Below, one piece after another: positions 36,744 through 50,336 of a DNA stretch of 64,000 nucleotides (position 1 is the first letter of the stretch; each line of letters begins with the position of its first letter). The notes below the pieces were generated by a model. It worked only from the letters and a program-made list of their open reading frames with translations, was not told the origin of the DNA and ran no database searches. The stretch covers positions 40,362,001 to 40,426,000 of the forward strand of contig NW_027266297.1 of assembly GCF_022045235.1 (NCBI RefSeq), in the 5' to 3' direction. The position numbers and the translations under genes are program-made. Origin of the DNA: Haliotis cracherodii (lineage: Eukaryota).

Positions 36744-37237
36744 TAGGGGTGTCACGATAAATCGAAATATCGATATATTGCTATTAGTAAGCACTTAACG
36801 TCAATAAATCTACTGTTAAATCAGTTTCCGATCATAGTATCAATTTCAGTTATGAGTATCGATAGTTTCGATTGTAGTTACCATATCAATAAAATACATG
36901 AGATGCTGTTCAAATTTGTTTTTCTATTGATCATGAGTGGTAGTGATTTACACATGGTAATGTGGAAGTTTCTTTTTCCTAAATTATTTGGGTAAAGAAA
37001 AAAACAAATCAGTCATATCTCGAACTTTACTTTTTATTTGTTGTTATGGTTATCACATTCAAACGAAACTTCAGTTTGAAGGTTTAATTCAACTCTAAAA
37101 TCCATCTAAAATGATACACTGAAAACTATCGATATTTATCGCAATAGTTGCTTGCAATATTAATAGTTATCGCAATAGTTTCTTTGAACATCAATAGTTA
37201 TCGCAGTAGTGATTTCCAGATCAATAGCCATCCCTTA
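36744..37237. mobile_element. hAT-type MITE
   Basis: taggggtg...catccctta ends; tcttagc duplicated on both sides; subterminal tatcg repeats. Confidence 0.65.
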
Positions 37238-37281
37238 TCTTAGCAAAATATTTATGCAAATCATTCAAACATCACTTTATG

Positions 37282-37540
37282 TGCCTCCATGGTCCAGTGG
37301 ATGTGGTGTCTGCCTGGAGAGCGGACAGTCGGTGGTCTAATCCCCGGAATATCATGCCAAAAGATGTTAAGAGTAGAATGAGTGGAGTATCCATGTTAAA
37401 ACTGTGGCATGGTACCTCAGTGGGCTACCACTATAACATTATACTATACCATTAGTCAGGACCAGGACAACTAGCCACACACACGTCGCTATGTAAGTGC
37501 AATAATCTTGAACATAGCCTTAAACCCCATTTTACCTCAC
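37282..37540 (+). mobile_element. SINE family 2, internally deleted
   Basis: Head, core and taaaccccattttacctcacc tail match the other copies. Confidence 0.65.
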
Positions 37541-37799
37541 CTTGCTTGTGTGTTTGCTACCAAAATGAGTATGACTATGACACATAACACTCTAACTATT
37601 AATAATTACCATAATTACATGGAGACAATGTCTAATTTCATACATGACATTATTACAATGTTAACACTAAGACAGAAATGGGCTCTAGATTGTGGTGCAG
37701 TCTCCCATTAAATCCATCCCAGGTTCTATATATGGGTACGATGATGCATTAATGTCATCATATATACTAGTGTAGGTACTTGAAATGTGCTAAGTAATT

Positions 37800-38085
37800 A
37801 GCATGTGCAAGATTCCATATCTCAGACCAAAGGAAATGTTCAACAGTCAGAGACTTTGTACGGAATATCACAGACCACCGTGAAGATGCCGATCCCCTGT
37901 GAGCAAACTGAGGAAGAGGGTCAGAGGTGTCCCTCTTGGACAAGTACAAGACACCTGGTTGGACACCATGGATGAGTCACCTGAAGTTCCCCGTGCTGAG
38001 GGCTTCAATGACTATATGGTGATGAACTGTGACTATTCAGAAACATTCAATTCAATTAATCAGTGCTACTACCAGTGCTAATAAA
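37800..38085 (+). mobile_element. Possible MULE-type transposase fragment
   Basis: VPLGQVQDTWLDTMDESPEVPRAEGFNDYMVMN resembles the region after the MULE catalytic domain; short and disrupted. Confidence 0.35.
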
Positions 38086-38762
38086 GAATTTTAATTAATA
38101 TATTTATAACATCTGTCTTAGTGTGCATAATCTTCCCATAAATTAAGTACCAAGTATATTTTTCGGCAGTATTTTATCTATATCTTTAATTAAGTATATA
38201 AAGTACATAAAGTACATAAAGTACAAGATTACTTTTCTACTTTTCTTGGATCACTCCATTCTAATTCTTAGGTAACATACCGTAGGGTAGACCAGTCAGT
38301 GTCTTCAGCCATGACCTATGTTGTTTCAAGTGTGTGACAAATGGGACGTGTAACTAATGGGAAGGTACTCTCAGACCATTGCAGTCAATCTTGCATTATT
38401 TCATCAGTTGGTCATGACCACACCCAGAATTATTTTGAACAATGTGTGTACCCATTTTTGATACCTTATTTGTCATTGTATACATGGTATATGGGACTGT
38501 TACACACATGAAAACAAATATCATATTCAGTCTAGGTGGAATAGTATGACTCAATATTATCGGGGGCTCTAAATTATTGTGGTATCAGCAAATCTTGTAA
38601 TCCACATCCCGTCGACTGTTTACTTATGCAAATCTAAGCAAGATATTTCATCTCTTGATTGAAAACGGGACTTGATGCGGTATGTCATAAAAACTCGTAA
38701 GTTTACACGTTAACTTTTTTATGATAGTTTCTGGAATGTTTTTGAAGTGGAATTGCCCTTAC

Positions 38763-38880
38763 CTCCATTTGAAATTGGTCAGAAAAGAACCCATTTGGTA
38801 AGACGAAGTCCCTTGACCCAGCCTAGGTAGTATGCATACTGTGTATGTAAATCCAAAACAGGAAGTGATGTAAACCACAT
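38763..38880 (-). promoter_or_regulatory. Candidate CPLANE1 non-coding first exon / promoter
   Basis: Coding exon 1 has an acceptor just before the ATG, so a 5'UTR exon is needed. There is a strong donor GAG|gtaagg at ~38762 and an ETS-type caggaagtg at ~38859. Confidence 0.35.
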
Positions 38881-40313
38881 AATACACACATATCACACCA
38901 CAAAATAGCCATACCACGATAATATAGAGTTGCCTGCCCTTGAGTCACTAATGATAGATACCATTGTTTACCAAACTTGGTAAAGAAAATCAGCATGGAT
39001 CAATCCTAACTGACGGATCATAAAAGTTATAAAGAAATGAAACATTTTGCTTAAGACATATTTAATAGGTCAGTAAGCGTGCACCAATACGTTCCATTAT
39101 AAATTAACTACGTCGATAATATAGCGTACCATCCTCCATGCAATTCCTTCACTCTGGAGTTTGGGTATTTCTCATAGAAGCAGGTAGTGTAATGTTCTGT
39201 GGGCAGTGATCTTTTTCAAACCAGGTTTTAGCACAAAAACTCTTATTGGCAATAAATATATTGTCAAAATGGATCTCCAACATTGCTGGACAGCATACTA
39301 CACAAATTTAAGCACAGTGTCTTAAGTATGACTGCTTCGAATGCTGCTATAGTAGGAGCACCAAACAAACATACACATCAACCCAACCATATACACTACA
39401 GTGGGTAAACAGCAACCTATCCTTGCATGTTGAGGGGCGGTGATGTAAGCACTTCTTTATTATTTATTATTGCCTGTCACACCAAACAACGCTACTTTTA
39501 TGACATTGTAACAATATGCTAACGTGGAATTGATGATTACATTTGAATACCCGGAGGTTAATCATATTTCAGCCTTGAAATCCAAAGTGATGATAGGACA
39601 TTCAGGCAATTTACTTGAGATAATTACATTTCGTGGATTGTTGTCAATGCTAGATCTGCTACTGTCTGGGAATGCAGGGCTATTAAATAACTGCACATAG
39701 GCGATCCACTTAAAGAAACTTTGTATAATTACACTAACCGACAAAATAGACATCAAATTATAAATACCTTCACTTTTGGAAACAACAAGTGTCTTCTTAA
39801 TTAGTAATTATATAATTCGACATGTGTAAATCATGTCAAATCCTGTTCTAAGAGGCCGCCATGAGAAATATCTATACCAGAATGCATCACTGTAAACAAA
39901 AGGGGAGTCACTCTAAAGAGCCTTGTGCTAAGCGAGTTTGTTGGTAAAGTAACCGTCGTAGACCCATACAAACATTCACATGACTTTTTTGTACTTTGGG
40001 GAATATCAAAAAGATATTTCAAAATGTCAAGATAAGTGGTATTTATTGCGAATGCTTGCAATAACAAAGTATTAACATAAAAGAAATTCAATTTAGAGAT
40101 TTAAGTTAATACTTTTCACTTAATTCATTCATTAATGTTTCTGATGACGAATATAATATTTCGTTGCGTTGTTATATTGAAGTCATTCATCTGATATTAA
40201 CAGGGAGTATAACAACAGCAAGACATTATGGATTGTCTTTTTAGGGTTCAAGTTTGTTTGTAGGTTAAGAAGTGCCGTGCAAAATATATTTTCTCTGAGA
40301 CGTCCCCAACATC

Positions 40314-40424
40314 CTAGGCCAGGTTGGTAGCTATGGACTTATGGAACATTGAGATTGCGTCATTATTCCCGGACATAACAACCATATAAAGTTCGAAGAG
40401 TTCTGTAAACGGCGTGTCGACTGT
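40314..40424 (-). CDS. Putative terminal exon D of an unidentified gene
   Basis: TVDTPFTELFELYMVVMSGNNDAISMFHKSIATNLA*; tttcag|; minus-strand AATAAA at ~40042-40047. Confidence 0.48.
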   Translation of the reverse strand, partial: TVDTPFTELFELYMVVMSGNNDAISMFHKSIATNLA

Positions 40425-40653
40425 CTGAAACTAAAGCATAAGGAAGCATACTGAAAACATTTGAAACAAATACCGAATTTGATATAAAACTGTATTGTTC
40501 GACAATATCCCAATACGCAAAATAACATTTATTTATTTGTAACTTTTAAAGGCTTATATGCTAATCATGACATTTTCTCACTGTATGTATTCCTTTACAA
40601 GTATATCTAATTCAGTATAAGATTGATCAATCATACCATCATAAATGACTCAC

Positions 40654-40700
40654 CTTGCATACTTGCTGAGCGGAATTTTTTAATTCTTGTTCATTTATTT
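40654..40700 (-). CDS. Putative exon C of an unidentified gene
   Basis: EINEQELKNSAQQVCK; atcag| ... AAG|gtgagt; phase 1-0. Confidence 0.5.
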
Positions 40701-40986
40701 CTGATCCGTCACAGAGAAGCAAGGTAATACGGGTTCCAACACTGACTCTATTTCTATCATCATTATTATTATCACGAGGATCACAAATCTAGAAAGAGCA
40801 GATTGGCGTGGGTTTCGTACTTTCAAAAGCGACGCTGTTCAACTGTTCTGAATGTATTGGTATCTTAATCATTCTTAGTTAGAATATAGCACCTTAGAAT
40901 AAGCAGATAGTGTCACTTCAGGAACAAGGAGTATCAGTTTCTATCAGCAGTGATGACAAGTGGTCAAGCGTTATCTCGCCACTGAC

Positions 40987-41107
40987 CACGCGGTGCCGGG
41001 GAACTGGACAGCCGCCTGTGGGATGTCGGTGATGTCTCTGTCAGCTGCAGCAGCCCCGTAAACCTCAGATCCATCAACCGCCAGGTGGCGTTCCAAGGCC
41101 CTGGGCG
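40987..41107 (-). CDS. Putative exon B of an unidentified gene
   Basis: GC-rich island; RPGPWNATWRLMDLRFTGLLQLTETSPTSHRRLSSSPAPR; ttttgattcag| ... G|gtcagt; phase 0-1. Confidence 0.5.
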
Positions 41108-41124
41108 CTGAATCAAAAAATCAA

Positions 41125-41480
41125 AACTACTACTGCTGCCACTACCATTGCCAATAATAATGATAACGATAATACTGCTGATGATGTTACTACTGCTTCT
41201 CCACATCCCCCTACTACTATTGCTTTTGCTACTCGTACTTCTATTTATATGTCTACACCTACTGCTACTGCTACTGCTACTGCTACTGCTACTCCTAAGG
41301 TTATTGCTATTGTTATTGTTAATATTAATATTGCTACAGTTCCAGCTATCACTGAACTTCAACTGCTGCTACTGCTATAAATTACAGGGTGTTCAGCATT
41401 TTAGAAAGTTCGAACAAAGTGTCTGCCACTGCGGCTACCACTACCACTACCACTACCACTACCACTACCACTACCACTAT
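41125..41480. repeat. Compound (CTA/CTG)n and (CTACCA)n microsatellite
   Basis: Direct inspection. Confidence 0.9.
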
Positions 41481-41785
41481 CCGGGGCAGAATAGGTCTTC
41501 AGCAACCCATGCTTGCCGTAAAAGGCGACTACGCTTGTCATAAGAGGCGACTAACTTTTGTTTGTTAATGCCGCACTCAGCAATATTCTAGCAACATGAC
41601 AGCGGTCTGTAAATAATCGAGTCTGGACCAGACAATCCAATGATTGACATTATGAGCATCGATCTACGCAACTGGGATACGATGACATGCATCAACCAAG
41701 TCAGCGAGTCTGACCACCCAATCCCGTTAGTCGCCTCGCCTTTTATATGTGGTGCTTAAGACCTATTCTAACCTGGATCTTCACC
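41480..41785. mobile_element. SINE family 3 copy plus an inverted 5' fragment
   Basis: 41480-41555 is forward and 41556-41785 is reverse. Confidence 0.7.
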
Positions 41786-41971
41786 GAGTTGTAGGGTTGA
41801 CACCCTAAACGCAGTTACGACAATACACATTCCAAGGTTATGATTATGAAAGTCTGAATAGCGGTCTTGACTTCTGTGAAACATACGGTGATTACATGAT
41901 AATATTCCGTGTTTCTGTGTAATCCAACACATGGTTTCTATTATACATAACACACACACTAGCAGGCCAAC

Positions 41972-42135
41972 CATCGCGTCTCTGACAATCGCAGCATTCA
42001 ACGTGATAAACATCTTGACCATCGTTCCAGGCAGAAAGCATTCCTTGTAATGGCGATACGCCGCGGTATCAGCGGAGAAATGTCTCTGATATGGCTCATT
42101 TCCATCTTCTGACAAATACAGAGATGGGCGCTGGT
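41972..42135 (-). CDS. Putative exon A of an unidentified gene
   Basis: DQRPSLYLSEDGNEPYQRHFSADTAAYRHYKECFLPGTMVKMFITLNAAIVRDAM; tatcag| ... ATG|gttggc; phase 1-0. Confidence 0.45.
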
Positions 42136-42606
42136 CTGATAATATCAGTGTTGATGGCTGGCTGAAAACAGGCCTCGGTTGAACCAGCATTATGTAACAT
42201 GTCAGGCGTCCTGCCGGCGCGTCATATGGTTTTGCACGCACCGATTATTACGCACTGGGGTGGGTCTTACTTGTTTGAATATGAAGTATTTTACGATAAT
42301 GTTGTTGAAATGGATTTTGAAACTAATTTGTGTAATTGTAGTGTTGACCAGTCAATATACTGTATGACTATGATTACCGCCTCTAAACAGAGTATGTACA
42401 GTACTAGTATTACACCGCATAAATACAGTGTGTATAATTTTACCCCGTGTTACCATGGTTACTACAGTATTTATTATTTAAACACAGTATATATAATAAT
42501 ACCTCGTTTAAACATTTACGACATCGGGTACTTTTAAAACAAATGTAGAAATTCTTTGATATGAAATAGAGAGAGGGGTTTAACGATATATATATTAGAA
42601 GCAGTG

Positions 42607-42673
<67 letters not shown>

Positions 42674-42677
<4 letters not shown>

Positions 42678-42849
42678 TAAACTACGTTTATAACGAACAC
42701 GCTTATAACGAACTGACCGATATAACGAACTTATTTTTTAGTCCAGGCCATATGTTGTATATATGCTGAATATACGCTCATATCGAACTACGGTTATTAC
42801 GAACTAAAATTAGTGGTCCCTTTGAGTTCGTTATAACCGTAGTTTACCG
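42674..42849. mobile_element. pogo/Tigger-type MITE next to a (TA)n microsatellite (42606-42673)
   Basis: cagtaaactacgtttataacgaac ... gttcgttataaccgtagtttaccg|TA. Confidence 0.8.
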
Positions 42850-42967
42850 TAATCGCATATCTTACTATATGTTCAAAACACATTACCCATAGGGGGAAAA
42901 CATTACCGCCCGCCCGCACGCCCGCACGCCCGCACAAACGTATGTTAGAGGCAGTGTATATGACTAA

Positions 42968-43205
42968 AGTGCCGGGCAAAAGAAAGTATACACCCATGTT
43001 TGATGGTGGTCAAGAATGAAACAAACAGGAAATGTTTATTCGATGGTAATGTATTTGATACTCCTGTCATAGATGTGTTTTGGGCCTTACGTTTTCATTG
43101 CATTGTTTTGGTGGCAGTTGTCGTCCTCGTAACGTTTTGATACCGTTCGATCGTTATTTTTTGGTCAAGTTTCAAGTACGTCTATCTCTCTTTTGCCCGG
43201 CAGTT
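42968..43205. mobile_element. Tc1-like MITE
   Basis: TIR tgccgggcaaaaga / tcttttgcccggca; same family at 53248-53470 and ~58200-58350. Confidence 0.7.
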
Positions 43206-43781
43206 TAAATAAAACTCTACAGACTAACATATACATCTAGTCTGAATTATTTTTATTACACAACACATTTCTCTCCTCCAAAGAACATTTTTTCCCGACG
43301 CTACCCCCATGTGGAATAGAGCTGCCTAGACTTGCTTTTTTATAATCTTAGATTGGTTTTGGTTTCATAAAATATATATATTCCTTACTGATGGTGCAGG
43401 ACCTGAAACAAATATATCCAATAAGCCCATGCAAGTCTAGAATACTGAAGAAAGTCCCTGGGCTCCTTTTTATTATGTATAAATTTAACTGTGTTTTTCT
43501 GTAAAATATGTTCATTTCAGAGACTAGATGTTACTCTAGACTGAAGACTTTGCTCCAAGAAGGACGGTGGGTAGGATAGTGGCTACTGGTCAAATCGTTG
43601 GCTCACCACACCGAACAGCCGTGATCATTTCGATAAGTACAGTCTTTGAAGTCTGTTCTTGGCATTCCCGGTCGTATTAGAAGCAGTGTAAAACCATTCT
43701 CACTCACTCATAAAAGCTATCAGAACCTCACACGGTATGCTTTGAAGAGGGGTCTACTCTGCGAAACTGTGACTCTGTCCG

Positions 43782-43838
<57 letters not shown>
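43782..43838. repeat. (GTT)n microsatellite
   Basis: Direct inspection. Confidence 0.97.
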
Positions 43839-44459
43839 CTTAAGTGTTTATAAAGGTCGTGTGTGTACAAATAGGGAAGGCTACTATTTGGGGTTTTTTA
43901 AAGAAGGGGGTCATATATAGATGTCACTGAGCTACACCAAAGCTATGTGTGTACCAGAATCCCTGGTGTGTGCAATTACAAAAAGGGTTGCAGATAGGAA
44001 TCCCGAGTTCCCTGTGAACAATAAAGAAGATGAAGCCGAGGGGGAACTATTCAAGATAAGTGGCACATTTACAATGCGATAACGGTCTGCTATATCTCAC
44101 TGTATAGATAATCACACACAGTCGAGCGTGTGTGTACCCACGTGGTACATTTATTACGAAACACCCTTGTCACGCATGCGCACTAATCACATCAACAATG
44201 ATGGAGTAATTAGCGTAATTTCCAAGGTCACGACCGAAAATCACAAATCTTGTCCAAAGTACAGAAATTAAAAGATTTTTTTGTGAATTCCATACAACCT
44301 CTTATAAGTCCTTCAGACACTTTTGTCTAGGTCAAAATGAATGAATGAGTGAGTGTTGTTTACCGCCGCCGTATTTAGCAACGTTTCTGTATACAGCCTG
44401 TGAACGATCTACGCCAGGGTAAGGGGGATAGTCAATGCTAGCAATCAGTCAAGTCCTTA

Positions 44460-44910
44460 TAACATGCATTTGTTCCTCGTGTTTTGCATCCTCGTGTTTT
44501 TCATACAATATCTACATCTGTTCCTTGTGTTTTTCATAAGATATGCATCTGTTGCTCGTGTTTTTCATAAGATATGCATCTGTTCCTCGTGTTTTGCATA
44601 AGATATGCATCCGTTCCTCGTGTTTTGCATAAGATATGCATCTGTTCCTCGTGTTTTGCATAAGATATGCATCTGTTCCTCGTGTTTTGCATAAGATATC
44701 CATCTGTTCCTCGTGTTTTGCATAAGATATGCATCTGTTCCCCGTGTTTTGCATAAGATATGCATCTGTTCCTCGTATTTTGCATAAGATATGCATCCGT
44801 TCCTCGTGTTTTGCATAAGATATGCATCTGCTCCTCGGGTTTTGCATAAGATATGCATCTGTTCCTCTCGTTTTGCATAAGATATGCATCTGTTCCTCGT
44901 GTTTTGCTTA
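44460..44910. repeat. 31-bp minisatellite (~14 copies), with 2-3 more copies at 45378-45458
   Basis: ataagatatgcatctgttcctcgtgttttgc. Confidence 0.95.
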
Positions 44911-46484
44911 ACTATATCTGAAAGTAACCACCGCAATAGAACAGTGCAAAGCAGTTACGAGGCTAAGACTCAGTGCTAACGACCTTCAAATTGACCGAGG
45001 AAGATACTTTAAAACTCAAACAGAAGAAAGAATATATGTACCTTTTGTAATATTAATTAAATAGAAGACGAGGAACACTTCCTCTCTACAAAGATCTGAG
45101 ACAGGAACTAAATTCATCACCCGCCTTTGCTATGCACCCAATATCACTGAAAATACTACTAAATCCACCAGTGCCTTTTGCAAACATTATCTCTCATTTC
45201 ATTTACAAAATGGTCATGCAAAGAAAATCTGCATCTCCTCTCTAGACCTTAATCATAGCAATATTTGTATTCCATTGTGTACATCGATGTTTATAACTTT
45301 TCATTACAACAAGTCATGTTCATGTTTTGTACCCTGCCCCCTGTGGGTGTTTATGTACAATACATTTTCTTCTTCTTCTCTGTTCCTCGCTTTTTGCATA
45401 AGATATGCATCTGTTCCTTGTGCTTTGCATAAGATATGCACCTGTTCCTTATGTTTTATATATAGGGGTTATATATTTTAGTTACTAACCAGTAACGAGT
45501 TCCTGTGATTCGTACGGGTCAGGGTGATAATTTTAGATTTCATAAACTACGCGAACCCAATTTAGAAGGAAACATACACAATTACATAAAATACATGTAA
45601 CCCTGATCATAACATCATCAACAATTAACGTGTGTATAATGTCCCGGCACATGTGTTTCGGAGTATGAGAATTTCCGCTCTACAGCCAATGACAAATTCT
45701 TTATGTCAAGTGATTCAGTTCTCACTGAAGTAGCGCTTGTCATCAAGACCACATGTGTTGGTCAAGATCTGCTGACCGCTCGCATCGTGATGTCGACCCC
45801 TGCTTATAGCCATGAGCGTAGGGTCATTAGAGGGCGTGAGTGATAAGATGTCAGTGGTCAGCCGTTTAGGCAGCATCTTAACAGATGCGCCCGTCGTACG
45901 AAGCTGACCACTCGACCCATGAAGTCGCCTCATACGGCCAACTTAGCTTGCTGGGGACCTATTCTAACCCGGAATCGCCATTGGGGATATCTCAGCCCTA
46001 GACCAACTTGAGATCACCCATTTATCCCAGTAGAATGACTTGAGACTACACCTATATCTCTGTCGACTGACTCGATATCACCCATATTTCTTAGTCGACT
46101 AACTTGAGATCGTCCATGTTCCGCAGTTGCGACTTGAAATCACCACGTATCCCACCTCTCATCCTTCCTAGTCTCCGTAAGGACGTTAAAATATTACTTT
46201 TGTTTGTTGCTAAACGCCGCACTCATATTCCACCTATATGACGACATTCTGTAAATAATCGAACCTGGACCAGACAATCCAGTGATTGTACATGTACATG
46301 TATATGTATCTGCAGATTTCGGATCTCGACTACATATTGTACAGCTGTCTTCCCTTGTACAAATACGTCATACGTTGTACACCCCTTATATGCAGAAAAG
46401 ACACCAACATAAAAAGTGAACTATATAATAGATAAACTGAAACAGGTAACTGGTTAATTGTATACCCAAGTATGGATGGAGATG

Positions 46485-46760
46485 GCCCGGGTAGACCCGT
46501 CGACTAAGGCGCCGCAATTCGCTGTGCAGAGTTGCGTCCCTTTGACCCCTTGGGAACGCCTGAAACAAATGATCGTGGGTTCGAATCCCGGTCCGCCCCG
46601 ATTCTAGGTTTGTAAGAACCATATACCCGTGCTCGTGGGTTTCACCAAAATCGTAAACGTCTAAGACTTTCATCACTTCGAGCTTTCCTCCTAAATTAAG
46701 CAGACACGCCGTATGACTGGAATACTGTTCGAAGCTGCGTTAACCCCAACTCACTCACTC
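46485..46760 (+). mobile_element. SINE family 4
   Basis: GGGTAGACCCGTCG head, GGTTCGAATCCC B box, gcgttaaccccaactcactcactc tail. Confidence 0.65.
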
Positions 46761-48539
46761 ATTACTAGGCCTGTAGCTGCATAATCTCAATTTGAAACAG
46801 AGATACTGAGCTGTTTCATACTTTTTCAATGTTCTCAGTTACCAATATATTGTACATGAATATCCTTATCAAACGTTGAGTAGTATAGCCTCCTACATTT
46901 GCCGCTGGACAAGTAGACTGTATGAGCACCTACAAGACGCAGTGTATGGCTTGGTGGCAGCATGTGAGCACCTACAAGACGTAGTGTATGGCTTGATGGC
47001 AGCAACACAGCAGTCATAGTGTTAATATGGGCACAGACCGGGAATGATGCGTTTTCGCGTGATTTACGATCTCGCGTGAACACGGCTGGAGTGACAACGC
47101 GAGAGTTCAGCGGGAGTAAATCGGGCACACGTGGTCTCGGTTGCATGCTACTTATTAAACCCTTTTCTCCTCCGATGGTAGGGCGTACTTACAACGTAAC
47201 TGCAACAACATATGGCCATGTTATATGCTAATAGTTCTGTTTCACAATTCATAGAAATGTAAAGGTGAAGCATAAAATACTTCGGTGTTGGTATTCCCAT
47301 AATAACGCAAAGAGCGGAGTTCACATCTTTCAAATATTTGAACATAATTAAGCGATTCTCGAATCTGATTGACAATGTAATTTGGACAGTCAAATAATTC
47401 ATTATTGATATAATTAATAACTATATATATATATATATGCTATCTGAAGCATAGTACGAATTCAGTGAAGTTTCTTAAAATTACAGAAGTCAGGCTCGCT
47501 AACTTGGTTGATACATGTCATCGTATCCCAATTGCGTCGTGAAAGCTAGAATATTGCTGAATGCAGCGTTGAACAACGTATAATAATCGAACCGTGTTCT
47601 TAGAGTAATTAGTGTTTCATTCGTAAAGTGGCAATGAGTGAAAGAAGGAGAAGAAGAACGCCCACTCGGACAGAGTGCATAAATATTACAATATTACCTA
47701 TAATATATATATATATATATATATCACATTTAATAACATCGGAAAATATACATAACTTTATGACATATTACGAAACTATATTAAAAATTTGTAAAATTAC
47801 AATTTCTATAGTAAAATTGTCAAAGAGTCTCTGGTATGGTCCAGGGCACACTTACGGAATGACTTGTCATACTTGCATGTGTTGCCTCATCAATTGAGGT
47901 CAACATGTTTGACAATGTCTATTACTTCAAAAAGTGGTGTTAAACTTACTACAAACAACATGTAAATAATAAATAAGAAGTTTTCACAAATAATATCCAA
48001 GGCTGAAAATACCAACGATAATATTTCTTAAAAAATAGTGCATAGCAATTGTCGTTTTGATAAATCGCACAATCGTTTCGGAAATATGTCATATTGCACT
48101 TTGTATTGTACATAATTCTGATTGATGAAGGAGAAGTTTCAAAATTAATCATAATGACAAAAAGCCACGAGATAAAGCGAATGAGTTTGCTTTTGTTACG
48201 CTTTTAGCGATAGTCTAGCCATGTGTAGGTCACCAATGATGGGCATCACTCGCTGTACCTATGTGTGAGAATCGAACCCGGTCTTGGGTGTAACGAGACA
48301 ACCATTCACATGGCTACCCTACAGACCCTTCTATTGAACAGCAGCACCACGTCACAATTTCCACAGCTGGTATTTCACTGTTGCAAAGCAGGTTTTCTCA
48401 AATGTACTTCTGTTTCAAAGTTAAGGTGAGGAAATTGTGCCTAATTTGCGTTCTTTTTCACCTGCGCGACCAGATTTAAATCCAATTTAACGCCGGGCAG
48501 ATTCCAGGGGAAGCAGCTCTACCTTGAAAACAGCACAAC

Positions 48540-49130
48540 GTGTTCTCCTCAACTAACGCACATGGAGTTTTCTCTCCTCAACATACACACGTGGAGTTTT
48601 CTCTCCTCAACATACACACGTGGAGTTTTCTCCCCTCAACACAAGCACGTGATGTTTCTCTCAACATATACGCCCGTGGCGTTTCTCTCCTCAACATATG
48701 AAGGTGGAGTTTTCTCTCATCAACATGTACGCACGTGGAATTTTCTTTCCTCAACATATGCACGTGGTGTTTCTCTCCTCAACATATGAAGGTGGAGTCT
48801 TCTCTCATCAACATGTACGCACGTGGAGTTTTCTTTCCTCAACATATGCACGTGGTGTTTCTCTCCTCAACATATGAAGGTGGAGTTTTCTCTCATCAAC
48901 ATGTACGCACGTGGAGTTTTCTTTCCTCAACATATGCACGTGGTGTTTCTCTCCTCAACATATGAAGGTGGAGTTTTCTCTCATCAACATGTACGCACGT
49001 GGAATTTTCTTTCCTCAACATATGCACGTGGTGTTTCTCTCCTCAACATATGCAGGTGGAGTTTTCTCTCCTCAACATTTGCACTTGGTGTTTCTCTCGA
49101 CATGTGGTGTTTTCTTTCCTCAACATTTGG
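48540..49130. repeat. ~29-30-bp minisatellite with an 88-bp higher-order unit, rich in CACGTG/CATATG
   Basis: gtggagttttctctcctcaacatat/gcac variants in triplets. Confidence 0.92.
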
Positions 49131-50336
49131 ACAGGAATATTTATTTCTGATTAAAACAATTAAATAGCATGTGTTATTTTATTATCAAAACCCCATCTAC
49201 ATTGTACCAAAACTATGGATAGATGTGCTTAATTTGTTTCAGAATCATAAAAGCGGAAATAGGGTTAATTTAATGACAATGCCATCATTTATTGTCACTT
49301 CTTGATAACCTGTATCTTTATAACGTTACATTTAGCCCGCCTATTGCACTGACACTTAAGTTTCAAACGGTCATTTATAAGAAGTATTTGTCCTGTTAAG
49401 CCTGACCTCTTTGTTCACAAAAGCGTTCTTGGAATCTAATTTAGATCCGCCGTGTTTATATTGGCGTTCATTCCCATTTGAGTATAATCTTGAAACGTCC
49501 AAAACCATGACGGTCAAGGGTGGCCAGCTTGTAACAGGTGCCCGTTGAATGGTGACCAGAGGTCAGTGTGTCCATATTGTAACCCTAACATATATTTACC
49601 CATCCGACGGTATCATTAATACTTCGTCACGCCAACCTACATCACTTCAGGTTAATTAGGTCTTTAAAGTATCATTCAAAGGGAGATAACCGATGTCAGT
49701 TTGTTGTCTTTACCTATCTGTCTCATTGACAACAACTGAAATTGGTTGCAATAAAACAATTGACACGAGTTTGCTAGACGCTGGGTTTAACAGCGTGTCT
49801 GTGGTAGAACTGAATCCCACGTTGGCTGGGAGATGTGACAGACAATTGGCGACGTCTCTCGTGGGGGTTTAATTAAGATTTATTGCTGATTCATTCTGCT
49901 AAAGTTACAATATGTCAAATCCTGTTTCTTTTGTTTTCGCGATTTATAACCATTCCTCTTTCATGCTGTAAAATAAATATACCTGTCATAGCATTAGACA
50001 CTTTTTTTTGAAAAACCGTTTGAAAATGAATGAGCAAATATGTTTAAATTGTCAAATCAGAAGTATCTCTCCTTTAGGCGTTGAAAAAGCGGTGAAAATA
50101 CCGTGGCAAAGTAGGTCCCTTGAACCTATGCTAATCTCTGGAGTCAATTAAAATTGGAATCTGATGTTTACAATGGTTACCTGGCTAATTGTATGCAATC
50201 ATAACATGGTGATGTAGGGCATGGCGATGTACTATCTCAACAACCGTATACAGAGGCCTAGACTCGATGAACCAGTCGTTGTATACATAGAAAAGTGCTG
50301 GTTGCGACGGAAAACAACATTAAGGTTAACCTCTTT

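Noticed and set aside
41148-41543. Poly-Leu / (HY)n ORF
   Set aside because: Microsatellite translation
44512-49167. ORFs in the 31-bp and 88-bp repeats
   Set aside because: Stop-free in several frames because of repeat composition; no splice or homology support
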